DNA of 10,689 nucleotides from a bacterium. GTDB taxonomy: Bacteria > Hydrothermota > 32-111. Location of the stretch: positions 1-10,689 of the forward strand of contig JAWOBN010000010.1 in the NCBI GenBank assembly GCA_046484245.1, written 5' to 3'. The position numbers were made by a program, and so were the translations under genes. The stretch's first letter is position 1. The number at the start of each line of letters is the position of its first letter. Below, piece after piece: positions 1-8,100 of the stretch. Below the pieces are notes generated by a model that did no database searches, had not been told where the DNA came from, and saw nothing but the letters and a program-made list of their open reading frames with translations.

Positions 1-742
1 CCGGCAGTGTGTCGGCAGTATCCTTCTTTGCAGCATCCCTCTTCATGGCGGATTCAACGAGATCACCTGCAAGACCTGCTGATGCGGCAAGAATGCCGAG
101 CAGTATAATGTCAATGGGGTTGATGCAGGGCAGCCAGAGATATCTGAACACCATACTGGTGAGAATAGTGAATATCATTCCCCCGAAGAACCCCTCATAT
201 GTCTTGGACGGGCTGATGCGCGGAATGATCTTATGTCTGCCTATCATAGTGCCTATGAGAAAGGCGCCTGTATCTGACATCCATACAAGGAACAGAGTGA
301 GAAAGAACAGTATGGATGAATCAAAGGTACTCCTGCTGAGTCTCTGGACAAGCAGCATATGCCCCCCGAGCCAGCCGGTGTAAATAATTCCGAATATTGT
401 TGATGACATGTGGAGAATAAAGAGACGGTTGTCTTTCCTTGTCATCTCATTGACAGCAAGTACAATTATTATTGTTGTGAGGAAGAAATATGCTCTTGTC
501 TGGGTTGCAAAATACATGACCATTGCTATGAGAACAGAGCCGGCTACACCGACCTTGAAATAGGGTTCCAGACCCTTTGCCTCAAGCAAATAGAAGAATT
601 CATAAGCCAGTACTGCTATGAGTCCGGCTGAGAAGAGCAGTACCGGAATACTGCCGTAATCAAACAATAGGAGGAAAAAGGGTGTAAACAGAAAGGATGT
701 AATAAGTCTCACAATGAGATTATTATTCTTTAATTTCTCCAA
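1..742 (-). CDS. cdsA: Phosphatidate cytidylyltransferase (CDP-diglyceride synthetase), 3' end truncated by the window edge
   Basis: Not in the ORF track. Manual translation of the minus strand gives a hydrophobic protein (MEKLKNNNLIVRLITSFLFTPFFLLLF...) with CdsA motifs WMSDTGAFLIG, GRHKIIPRISPSKTYEGFFGG and GDLVESAMKRDAAKKD..LP. It follows uppS, as is usual. The start is uncertain: TTG at 742-740 (after AAGGGAAAGGAAG) or a GTG a few codons downstream. Confidence 0.93.
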   Translation of the reverse strand, partial: MEKLKNNNLIVRLITSFLFTPFFLLLFDYGSIPVLLFSAGLIAVLAYEFFYLLEAKGLEPYFKVGVAGSVLIAMVMYFATQTRAYFFLTTIIIVLAVNEMTRKDNRLFILHMSSTIFGIIYTGWLGGHMLLVQRLSRSTFDSSILFFLTLFLVWMSDTGAFLIGTMIGRHKIIPRISPSKTYEGFFGGMIFTILTSMVFRYLWLPCINPIDIILLGILAASAGLAGDLVESAMKRDAAKKDTADTLP

Positions 743-1418
743 ACTTCCTTTCCCTTGTTTGATATTCTTCTATTGCACTGTCCAGTGCATCTTCGTCAAA
801 ATCAGGCCAGAGAAGAGGTGAAACATATATCTCAGCATAAGCCGCCTGCCACAGGAGAAAATTGGATATTCTCATTTCATCAGCAGTTCTTATGAGAAGG
901 TCAACATCGGGAAGGGTTGGTTTGTAGAGATAATCCCGGAACTGTTCTTCATCAATACTGTCTGTGCCTTTGCGGATTATTCTATTGCAAGCATCAGCAA
1001 TTTCCCTTCTCCCCCCGTAATCAATCGCCAGAACGAGATTGAGCCCCGTATTCTCTGCTGTCTCCTTCTCGGCATTCTTCATTTTTTTGAGCAGTGTTCT
1101 GCCGAGGCGGTCTCTTCTGCCAATAAAATCAATTCTCACATTATTCTTATTCAGTTCGGAGACCTCTTTGTCAAGGAGTGATGAAAACATTCTCATCAGT
1201 GTATTGACTTCCCTTTTGGGTCTGTTCCAGTTTTCTGTTGAGAATGTGAAGAGAGTGAGATGCTTGATACCCCTGCGGGCAGAATGCTTCACTATCCTGC
1301 GTACATTTTCAGCTCCCTCTCTGTGGCCGAATGTCCGCTTCTTATTGCGCTTCTTTGCCCACCTGCCATTACCATCCATGATAATGGCAATATGCCCGGG
1401 TAAATTGGAAGTATTCAC
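723..1418 (-). CDS. uppS: Undecaprenyl diphosphate synthase (cis-isoprenyl transferase)
   Basis: Motifs HIAIIMDGNGRWA, GHREG, FSTENWNRP, DYGGR.EI, DLLIRT..EMRISNFLLWQAAYAE and R.RKFG. GTG start overlaps the frr stop (TAGTG). Confidence 0.97.
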   Translation of the reverse strand: MNTSNLPGHIAIIMDGNGRWAKKRNKKRTFGHREGAENVRRIVKHSARRGIKHLTLFTFSTENWNRPKREVNTLMRMFSSLLDKEVSELNKNNVRIDFIGRRDRLGRTLLKKMKNAEKETAENTGLNLVLAIDYGGRREIADACNRIIRKGTDSIDEEQFRDYLYKPTLPDVDLLIRTADEMRISNFLLWQAAYAEIYVSPLLWPDFDEDALDSAIEEYQTRERKFGEIKE

Positions 1419-1975
1419 TAATTTTCCATTATTTCCTTTTCTTTCTTCTCAAGCAATTTGTCTATCTCTTCAATATGTTTATCAGTAAGCTCCTGTATCT
1501 TCTTTTCCAGCCTCTTCTCATCATCCTCAGGTATATCACCGTTATTCTTTGCTGTTTTCAGCTCATCCATTGCATCCCTTCTGATATTCCTCACAGCAAT
1601 CCTGCTTTCCTCTGCAATCTGCTTGAGTGTTTTGATGATCTCTTTGCGCCTCTCCTCAGTAAGGGGTGGTACCCCGAGGCGTATCACATTGCCGTCATTA
1701 TTGGGTGTGAGGCCTATATTGGCTTTCTGTATCTCTTTTTCAATATCATTGATAACTGTCTTGTCCCAGGGCTGAACCACAATGAGCCTCGGCTCAGGTG
1801 TGGATATATTGGCAACCTGATTGAGAGGCGTCTTTGTGCCGTAATAATCTATGACTATACCGTCAAGGAGTGACGGGGTGGCTTTGCCTGTTCTTATCCT
1901 GGTCAGCTCACTCTTGTAATTATCAACACTTTTCTCCATTCTTTCATTGGTCTCTTTCTGAATTCTTTCTCTCAT
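1418..1975 (-). CDS. frr: Ribosome recycling factor
   Basis: 185 aa with IRTGKATPSLLD, YYG..TPLNQVANI, PPLTEERRKE and RIAVRNIRRDA. RBS GGAGG upstream. Confidence 0.98.
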   Translation of the reverse strand: MRERIQKETNERMEKSVDNYKSELTRIRTGKATPSLLDGIVIDYYGTKTPLNQVANISTPEPRLIVVQPWDKTVINDIEKEIQKANIGLTPNNDGNVIRLGVPPLTEERRKEIIKTLKQIAEESRIAVRNIRRDAMDELKTAKNNGDIPEDDEKRLEKKIQELTDKHIEEIDKLLEKKEKEIMEN

Positions 1976-1989
1976 TATGCCTCCTTGTT

Positions 1990-2712
1990 TTAAGAAACAA
2001 GAGTTCCTATTTCTTTACCTTCCAGTATCCCCACAAGATTGCCTTCCTTCATGATATTAAAAACAATTATCGGGATATTATTTTCCTTACTCAGTGATAT
2101 TGCAGTCATGTCCATTACCCTCAGTTCATCCTTTATCACATTGGAATATTCAATTTTATTGAACTTCTTTGCACTCTTATCTGTCACAGGGTCCTTATTG
2201 AATACACCGTCAACCTTTGTTCCCTTGAGAACAACATCTGCGTCAATCTCCACTGCCCGCAGCACTGATGCTGTATCTGTTGTGAAGAAAGGATTCCCTG
2301 TCCCGCCTGTGAATATTATTATTCTGTTCTTATTGAGATGGGATATTGCCTTACGCCTGATAAACGGCTCTGCGACCTGACTCATATTGATAGCTGTCAT
2401 CATTCTTGTCCTGCAGTCATTCTGCTCCAGCATATCCTGAAGCACCATTCCGTTGATAACAGTAGCCAGCATACCTGTATAATCCGCCTTGACCCTGTCA
2501 ATGGATAATTTTTCAACAAGCTCCTTGCCGCGTATGATATTGCCTGCCCCAATGACAATGGCAACATCAGCGCCCATTCTGTGAATCTTTACAATGTCCT
2601 CAACAAGTGTCTTGAGGGCTTTCTGTGAAAAGATACCATCCTCATTACCGGACAGTATCTCTCCACTGAGTTTGAGAAGCACGCGTTTGTACTTCAATTT
2701 ATCGGTCTTCAC
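1990..2712 (-). CDS. pyrH: UMP kinase
   Basis: YKRVLLKLSGE, GAGNIIRG, DYTGMLATVING, GTGNPFFTTDTA and KVDGV..KDP. GTG start; lies between tsf and frr. Confidence 0.98.
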   Translation of the reverse strand: MKTDKLKYKRVLLKLSGEILSGNEDGIFSQKALKTLVEDIVKIHRMGADVAIVIGAGNIIRGKELVEKLSIDRVKADYTGMLATVINGMVLQDMLEQNDCRTRMMTAINMSQVAEPFIRRKAISHLNKNRIIIFTGGTGNPFFTTDTASVLRAVEIDADVVLKGTKVDGVFNKDPVTDKSAKKFNKIEYSNVIKDELRVMDMTAISLSKENNIPIIVFNIMKEGNLVGILEGKEIGTLVS

Positions 2713-2713
2713 C

Positions 2714-3310
2714 CTATTCCCCTATCTTGAATAAGGCGAATCTGTTTACAACAATATTCTCGCCGAATTTTGCAATGTTCTCCTTCACATACTCTTCAAC
2801 TGTCTGGCCGTCCTGTCCTCCGAAGAATTCCTGTTTGAGAAGGCAATTCTCCTCATAGAATTTGTCAATCTTATTCTCAACAATCTTGTCAATGATATTG
2901 TCCGGTTTGCCTGCCTTCTTCATCTGCTCTTTATAAATATCCTTCTCTTTCTCAATGACCTCATCAGGCACATCTTCCGGTGAGACATATTCGGGTTCCA
3001 CAGCACCTATATGAAGAGCTATCTCGTGCACGAAACCCTCAAATTCCTTATTGCCTGCAACAAAATCCGTTTCACAGTTCACTTCAACAAGCACACCGAG
3101 TTTATTATTATGATGTATATATGCATGCACTATGCCTTCCTCAGCTGCCCTGCCGGATTTCTTGGCTGCCTTTATAAGACCCTCTTTCCTCAGTTTCTGA
3201 ACTGCATTTTCCACATCACCCTCTGTTGCTTCAAGCGCCTTTTTGCATGCCATTATCCCGAGTCCTGTCTTGTTCCTCAGTTCTTTTATCTTATTCATAT
3301 CTGCTTTCAT
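2714..3310 (-). CDS. tsf: Elongation factor Ts (short, about 200-aa form)
   Basis: IKELRNKTGLGIMACKKAL, KAAKKSGRAAEEG, EVNCETDFVA and KFGENIVVNRF. ATGA overlap with the rpsB stop. Confidence 0.98.
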   Translation of the reverse strand: MKADMNKIKELRNKTGLGIMACKKALEATEGDVENAVQKLRKEGLIKAAKKSGRAAEEGIVHAYIHHNNKLGVLVEVNCETDFVAGNKEFEGFVHEIALHIGAVEPEYVSPEDVPDEVIEKEKDIYKEQMKKAGKPDNIIDKIVENKIDKFYEENCLLKQEFFGGQDGQTVEEYVKENIAKFGENIVVNRFALFKIGE

Positions 3311-4074
3311 TTGTCCTCCTGTTTCCTTTTGTCCTTGCTTTCGGATGAAGCCTGTTTTTCCCTGCGGGCTTTCTTCTCGTCTTCCTTGTTCTTCCTCATC
3401 ATCTTGCCCATATTGACTGCATTGCTCATCACCTTTGAGATCAGTTCAATGGACTTAATAGCATCATCATTACCGGGAATCGGTAGATCAATACTGTCAG
3501 GATCGGAATTTGTATCAGTGATTGCAATAACGGGAATACCGAGAAGATTGGCTTCGTGTATGGCAATATTGTGTTTTTTTGTATCTATCACAAATATTGC
3601 ATCAGGGGCTTTCTTCATATCAATAACCCCGTCAAGGAACTTCTTCTTCTTATTGAGATTCCTCTCCACCTGCAGTCTTTCCTTCTTGACGAGATGATCA
3701 TAACCGCCTGTGGCAAGCTTTTTCTCGTCCTCCTTCATCTTCCTCAATGTCTTTTTCACTGTCTTGAAATTGGTGAGGAGCCCCCCGGGCCATCTTTCGT
3801 GAATATAGAAAGCACCGCAATCCTCAGCTTCCTGCTTTATGATATCCTTTGCCTGTTTCTTTGTACCGACAAATATCATGTCTCCGCCATTGGCAGTCAT
3901 TTCCATTATACTGTCATGGGCTGTTTTAAGCTGCTTTAATGTTTTGATAAGGTCAATGATGTATATCCCGTTTCTCTCCGTGAATATGTATTTTTCCATT
4001 TTGGGATTCCATCTTTCAGATTTGTGGCCGAAATGCACTCCTGCCTTAAGCAGATCTTCAAGCATTATTTTCAT
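3307..4074 (-). CDS. rpsB: 30S ribosomal protein S2
   Basis: LLKAGVHFGH..RWNPKM, FVGTKKQA, RWPGGLLTNF and DTNSDPD.ID.PIPGNDDAIKSI. RBS AAGGAGG. Confidence 0.98.
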   Translation of the reverse strand: MKIMLEDLLKAGVHFGHKSERWNPKMEKYIFTERNGIYIIDLIKTLKQLKTAHDSIMEMTANGGDMIFVGTKKQAKDIIKQEAEDCGAFYIHERWPGGLLTNFKTVKKTLRKMKEDEKKLATGGYDHLVKKERLQVERNLNKKKKFLDGVIDMKKAPDAIFVIDTKKHNIAIHEANLLGIPVIAITDTNSDPDSIDLPIPGNDDAIKSIELISKVMSNAVNMGKMMRKNKEDEKKARREKQASSESKDKRKQEDK

Positions 4075-4087
4075 GTAGCTTCCTCCT

Positions 4088-4162
4088 TGGTTTTAAAACT
4101 GCCACTGTTTCAGGGAAGAGGACATAGACATGCACCTCTCTTCCCCTGTGGAAACAGTGTGA
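4088..4162 (-). ncRNA. Probable S2 (rpsB) autoregulatory leader RNA, t44/S2-leader-like
   Basis: The transcript reads CACACTGTTTCCACAGGGGAAGAGAGGTGCATGTCTATGTCCTCTTCCCTGAAACAGTGGCAGTTTTAAAACC. There is a perfect 9-bp outer stem (4103-4111 with 4151-4159), an inner CAGGG(G)AAGAG/CTCTTCCCTG stem, GGUGC followed by a small hairpin, GUGG at the stem base and AACC just before the SD. This is the same order of elements as in known rpsB leaders. Confidence 0.75.
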
Positions 4163-4183
4163 TTGATATAATAAATATTTGAG

Positions 4184-4570
4184 TTATCTCTTTGAGAACT
4201 GATAACTCTTTCTTGCTTTCGCGTGTCCGTATTTTCTTCTTTCTTTTTCCCTGGGATCACGGGTTAGATAACCCTTTTCCTTGAGTATATCCTTGAGATC
4301 AGGATAAATCTCCTCTATTGCACGGGCAAGTCCCAGTTTTATTGCATCTTTCTGTCCCGTTATGCCGCCGCCATTGACTTTGGCAAGTATAGTGAGTTTC
4401 CCTTCAAGATCGGTTTCCCTGAGCACCTGTATCAGATTCTCCCTGTGATCCTCTCTCCTGAAATACTCCTCTATCCTCTTACCGTTAATCATAATGGCAT
4501 TGCCGCCCTGCTTCACTCTCACGCGGGCAACAGCATTCTTTCTTCTTCCTGTGTATAATTTCTCAGCCAA
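4184..4570 (-). CDS. rpsI: 30S ribosomal protein S9
   Basis: TGRRKNAVARV, VNGGGITGQ..AI..GLARA and LTRDPREKERRKYG..KARKSYQFSKR. TTG start with a GGAGG RBS. Confidence 0.98.
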   Translation of the reverse strand: MAEKLYTGRRKNAVARVRVKQGGNAIMINGKRIEEYFRREDHRENLIQVLRETDLEGKLTILAKVNGGGITGQKDAIKLGLARAIEEIYPDLKDILKEKGYLTRDPREKERRKYGHAKARKSYQFSKR

Positions 4571-4581
4571 AGATAACCTCC

Positions 4582-5010
4582 TTAGAATGTTAGAGACTCG
4601 GGTTTCTGTGCATCATGTCCGTGTTCTTTTCCGGCATATACCCTCAGTCTCGTCAACATATTTCTGCCAAGTGTATTTTTTGGGAGCATCCTCTTCACAG
4701 CAAGTTTCACCACTCTGTCGGGATGCTTCTCCATCATTTCCTCAAGATTCTTTTCCTTGATGCTTCCAATATACCTTGAATGTGTATAATATTTCTTATC
4801 CTTCAACTTATTGCCGCTGAATGTCATCTTGGATGCATTTATAATAATAACACCGTCACCATTGTCAACATCAGGTGAATAAGTAACCTTGTTCTTGCCC
4901 ATGAGATATTTGGTGACAAATGATGCCAGTCTGCCGAGCCTTTTGTCTGCAGCATCAACAATATACCATTTGCGTTCTATTTCACCGGCTTTTGTTCTTG
5001 TTGTCTTCAT
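4582..5010 (-). CDS. rplM: 50S ribosomal protein L13
   Basis: RKWYIVDA...LGRLAS, L.GKNK..YSP.VDNGD.VIIINA, AVKRMLPKN.LGR and H.AQKP. Confidence 0.98.
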   Translation of the reverse strand: MKTTRTKAGEIERKWYIVDAADKRLGRLASFVTKYLMGKNKVTYSPDVDNGDGVIIINASKMTFSGNKLKDKKYYTHSRYIGSIKEKNLEEMMEKHPDRVVKLAVKRMLPKNTLGRNMLTRLRVYAGKEHGHDAQKPESLTF

Positions 5011-5019
5011 TTCTTCTCC

Positions 5020-6087
5020 TTACTTTCCCTGTTTCTTCAATTCCTCGTATTTTTCATACATCTCAAGCGCCTCATTCGTCCTGCCGAGTTTATTAAGACA
5101 ATCCGATTTTATCAGATATATAACACTCATCTCCTGCCCTAATTTCTCAAGGAATGCGTCAAATATCTCAAGTGCCTTTGAGTAGTTCTTTGCAGAATAG
5201 TAAGCTGCGCCGAGCTGATAGAGTGTATTAGCGTCAGTGTCATCTATCTTATATGCCTTCTCATAATAGATAATGGCATTCTTGTAATCCTTCTGGTCCT
5301 GATAAATGGAGGCTATCTTCAACACAGCATCAATGTATATATTCTCCAGCTGCTCCTTCTCCTCCTCATCCATCTTCTCAATCTGGGTCTCAAGCTGCTT
5401 GAACACCTTCAGTGCTTCATCATTATAGCCCTCTGCATAGTAGAGCTGTGCAAGCCAGAATTCAACCTGCAGATTATCGGGGTCTATCTTGACTGCCTTC
5501 TCCAGATAATCCCTTGCTTTATCATACTCCCTCTCGTCAATATGGTACTTGGCAATATTGAACAGTATGGAGACATCTTCGGGATTCTTTTCCCTTGCTG
5601 ATTCAACTGCTTCCTTCATTTCTTCCTCATTGCCTGTTTCAGCATAGAGAATGATAAGGGACTTGTCATTAAGTACTGTGTCCTTGACTTCCATTGCTGT
5701 CCTGAGCCATGTCTCATAATCATTGAATCTCTCTTTTGCATCCTCGTTTTTCGTGAAACTGAGACCGGCATTGTAGAGTATTGCCCAGTAAAGGCCATAG
5801 TCATCACGCATTGTTTCCAGTGTCTTGCCTGTTGTGTCAACTTCCAGTGCCTTGACTAAATTATCTGCTGCCTTCTCATATTCACCCTTGTCTGAATAAG
5901 CTCTTCCGAGCCACATATATGCTTCCGGATTATTCGGTTCATTCTTGACAGCAAGCTGGAATTGTTCCAGTGCCTTGTCTGTCTCATTCTGCTGCATATA
6001 AATTATACCTGATGAGATGAATTGACTCGTACATCCTGCAATAATTATTACTGTCAGTATTACAGCAGCTATTAATAGCCTTTTCAT
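5020..6087 (-). CDS. Tetratricopeptide-repeat lipoprotein
   Basis: Signal peptide MKRLLIAAVILTVIIIAG-C (lipobox IAGC). Multiple TPR repeats, e.g. PEAYMWLGRAYSDKGEYEKAADNLVKALEVD and ANTLYQLGAAYYSAKNYSKALEIF. RBS AGGAGG. Confidence 0.9.
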   Translation of the reverse strand: MKRLLIAAVILTVIIIAGCTSQFISSGIIYMQQNETDKALEQFQLAVKNEPNNPEAYMWLGRAYSDKGEYEKAADNLVKALEVDTTGKTLETMRDDYGLYWAILYNAGLSFTKNEDAKERFNDYETWLRTAMEVKDTVLNDKSLIILYAETGNEEEMKEAVESAREKNPEDVSILFNIAKYHIDEREYDKARDYLEKAVKIDPDNLQVEFWLAQLYYAEGYNDEALKVFKQLETQIEKMDEEEKEQLENIYIDAVLKIASIYQDQKDYKNAIIYYEKAYKIDDTDANTLYQLGAAYYSAKNYSKALEIFDAFLEKLGQEMSVIYLIKSDCLNKLGRTNEALEMYEKYEELKKQGK

Positions 6088-6140
6088 AAATATACCTCCT
6101 GTATATACATATTAAATACCTTAATTTCCTAAGATTAGAT

Positions 6141-6168
6141 ATTTTATCAATTTTTACTGCTTTGTCAA
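6141..6168 (-). promoter_or_regulatory. Putative sigma70-type promoter for the TPR-rplM-rpsI-rpsB...cdsA operon
   Basis: TTGACA (6168-6163), 16 bp spacer, then TGa-TAAAAT extended -10 (6146-6141). Confidence 0.7.
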
Positions 6169-6184
6169 GGATATATTCAGATTA

Positions 6185-6964
6185 TTATTCTTCAATATAG
6201 AGCGGCAATATCCACATCTCAGAAATATAATCACTGTCATCAGTATTGATTGAAGACCCGGTGACAATATCAGGGGTAATACTGTTGTATCCTTCAAAAT
6301 AACTCAGTTTAAATGAAATTGCACCATTGACTGCCTCACCGCGCCTCTTGTCATGATGAACAAAGTACTGTTCTGTTGAAGCAGAGTAAACAGTTACCTC
6401 AATCTCAATACCGGGCGGCAGTGTTATCATATTGTCCAGCTTGAATGCAGCAGCCGGATTGTCAATAATTGTGTCAATATAACTGTCTGCTGAGAGTTTC
6501 ACGGAATCAATGGCAACAAGTGAATCCCCCTGCACAATCCCGGATGATACGGATTCCATGCGCCATCCTCCGAAATGATTCTTCACAGTGTCTTTTATAC
6601 AGTGTGCATAGCGGACAATTGTATCATCATATGCCTTCTGAAGCATTACAGTATCCAGGGAATCATTCACATAATTGATATTGAGATAGCCGGGAATAAT
6701 GTTTTTAACTGTGACAAAAGCCGAATCATTCTCTATATCTATAATCATGCTCCTTCTCATTGTATCCCTCTGAGCCCTGTACCAGGACAATGCATTGATC
6801 GGGGATTTGACCGGCTCTTCCTTTTCACCGAAAGCATAATTAGCAAAGAATGTATTCCTGTATGAATTTATCAGCAATGCAACATTCTCTTCATCAGGCA
6901 TACTGCCCAGTGAGCATGATACTGCCAGAACTGCAATGACTGTCAACAGCATAAAATATTTCAT
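6185..6964 (-). CDS. Uncharacterised lipoprotein
   Basis: 259-aa ORF with signal peptide MKYFMLLTVIAVLAVS-C (lipobox AVSC), an AGGAGG RBS and its own promoter. The mature part looks beta-rich; no family recognised. Confidence 0.82.
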   Translation of the reverse strand: MKYFMLLTVIAVLAVSCSLGSMPDEENVALLINSYRNTFFANYAFGEKEEPVKSPINALSWYRAQRDTMRRSMIIDIENDSAFVTVKNIIPGYLNINYVNDSLDTVMLQKAYDDTIVRYAHCIKDTVKNHFGGWRMESVSSGIVQGDSLVAIDSVKLSADSYIDTIIDNPAAAFKLDNMITLPPGIEIEVTVYSASTEQYFVHHDKRRGEAVNGAISFKLSYFEGYNSITPDIVTGSSINTDDSDYISEMWILPLYIEE

Positions 6965-6989
6965 CAGCTAAACCTCCTGTTTGCAAAAC

Positions 6990-7017
6990 ATTATAGCATA
7001 TCCCCGACTGAAATCAA
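6990..7017 (-). promoter_or_regulatory. Putative sigma70-type promoter for the lipoprotein gene
   Basis: TTGATT (7017-7012), 16 bp spacer, then TGc-TATAAT (6995-6990), followed by AGGAGG (6978-6973). Confidence 0.65.
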
Positions 7018-7041
7018 GAAGGTGCATGTATTATTGTAATA

Positions 7042-8052
7042 TTAATGAATTAAAGGAAAAAGAATCAAGTATATGATTTCTGCTATAAAGAAATAGATCA
7101 TAAAACTGAGAATCAATGCTGCAATTGACCTTCTGGATGGGTTTGACAGAGCCCTTTTAACATAATTTTGTTTCATGTAATCAGACCATCTCTTCTTATA
7201 ATACTCAAATATATCATCAGGTATTTGAGCCTGAAGCCTTCTGAATAATTCAATATGATAAAAATGATAATACGGTGATGCGATGGTTCCCTGTAAATCA
7301 TAGTACGAATACCCGTTCTTATCATATAACGGTAATTTTCTTATCAATGCATTTTTCCCTTTTCTAACAAGTTCCCCTGCTTTATTATCACCTGTTATCC
7401 TGTAATATTCATCAATGCACAGCACTGTTGATATCATGCCATTCAGAATGAAAGGCGGATCAATGCCTGGCGAAGCATACTCTTCATACCACCATTCATC
7501 TTCATTGATGACAACCCGGCAACCTTTATCTTTAATATCAGTATAAAAAAACGGGATCATCTTTGCAGCATAATTGAGATATTTATCATCTTGACTCAAT
7601 TTATATGCTCTAACAAAAAGTTGCAGCATCCTTCCTGCTGTTAATCCGCAGGTCCAGCCATTCATAAGACCATATGGCGGCCATGGGAATTTGATCCAAA
7701 TATCAGGATATTCCCCTGACAAATGCCTCTCCGCTAATTTGTCCGCATATTCATAAATTTTTTGTTTATTTTTATCGGACGTATCTTTCTCTTCATAGAT
7801 CTTATCAGCAAGCCAGCAAAATATAATTGGATTATACTGATATCCGATAGATATTCCGTCCCGGCTGCTGTAATTATACAGCGGATATCCCTCATCATCA
7901 ACAGCCATATCTTCATCAAGCTTTATCCCTATAAGACGCTTGTAGAAGAATTGCATCAGCTGCCTTACAATCTGCTCGGTTCTATTCCCGAACAAAACAA
8001 GGAGAAAGATAACAGCGAGTAATAATATTAATTGCTCAATAGCTATATTCAT
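7042..8052 (-). CDS. D-glucuronyl C5-epimerase family protein (C5-epim_C) with N- and C-terminal transmembrane segments
   Basis: Motifs WWYEEY, FILNGMI, LPLYD.NGYSYYDL and YYHFYHI.L match the heparan/heparosan C5-epimerase C-terminal domain. Residues about 3-21 and about 312-334 are hydrophobic. Confidence 0.8.
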   Translation of the reverse strand: MNIAIEQLILLLAVIFLLVLFGNRTEQIVRQLMQFFYKRLIGIKLDEDMAVDDEGYPLYNYSSRDGISIGYQYNPIIFCWLADKIYEEKDTSDKNKQKIYEYADKLAERHLSGEYPDIWIKFPWPPYGLMNGWTCGLTAGRMLQLFVRAYKLSQDDKYLNYAAKMIPFFYTDIKDKGCRVVINEDEWWYEEYASPGIDPPFILNGMISTVLCIDEYYRITGDNKAGELVRKGKNALIRKLPLYDKNGYSYYDLQGTIASPYYHFYHIELFRRLQAQIPDDIFEYYKKRWSDYMKQNYVKRALSNPSRRSIAALILSFMIYFFIAEIIYLILFPLIH

Positions 8053-8060
8053 TGCATTGA

Positions 8061-8088
8061 ATTATAATCATAACTAATTCTATTTCAA
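8061..8088 (-). promoter_or_regulatory. Putative sigma70-type promoter for the C5-epimerase gene (near-leaderless)
   Basis: TTGAAA (8088-8083), 16 bp spacer, TATAAT (8066-8061). The ATG follows 8 nt later with no SD. Confidence 0.6.
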
Positions 8089-8100
8089 GGGAATATGGCT

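Noticed and set aside
4103..4159. The rpsI-rpsB hairpin as an intrinsic terminator
   Set aside because: No U-tract directly follows the stem (it continues GCAGUUUU), the stem has internal loops, and the motifs fit an S2 leader better.
4163..4200. Separate rpsB promoter in the AT-rich stretch after rpsI
   Set aside because: A TATTAT-like hexamer is present, but there is no -35 at suitable spacing and no TGn extension. It cannot be supported from sequence alone.
5616..7919. Short alternative-frame minus-strand ORFs 5616-5840 and 7734-7919
   Set aside because: They are fully nested in longer supported CDSs, with no independent signals.
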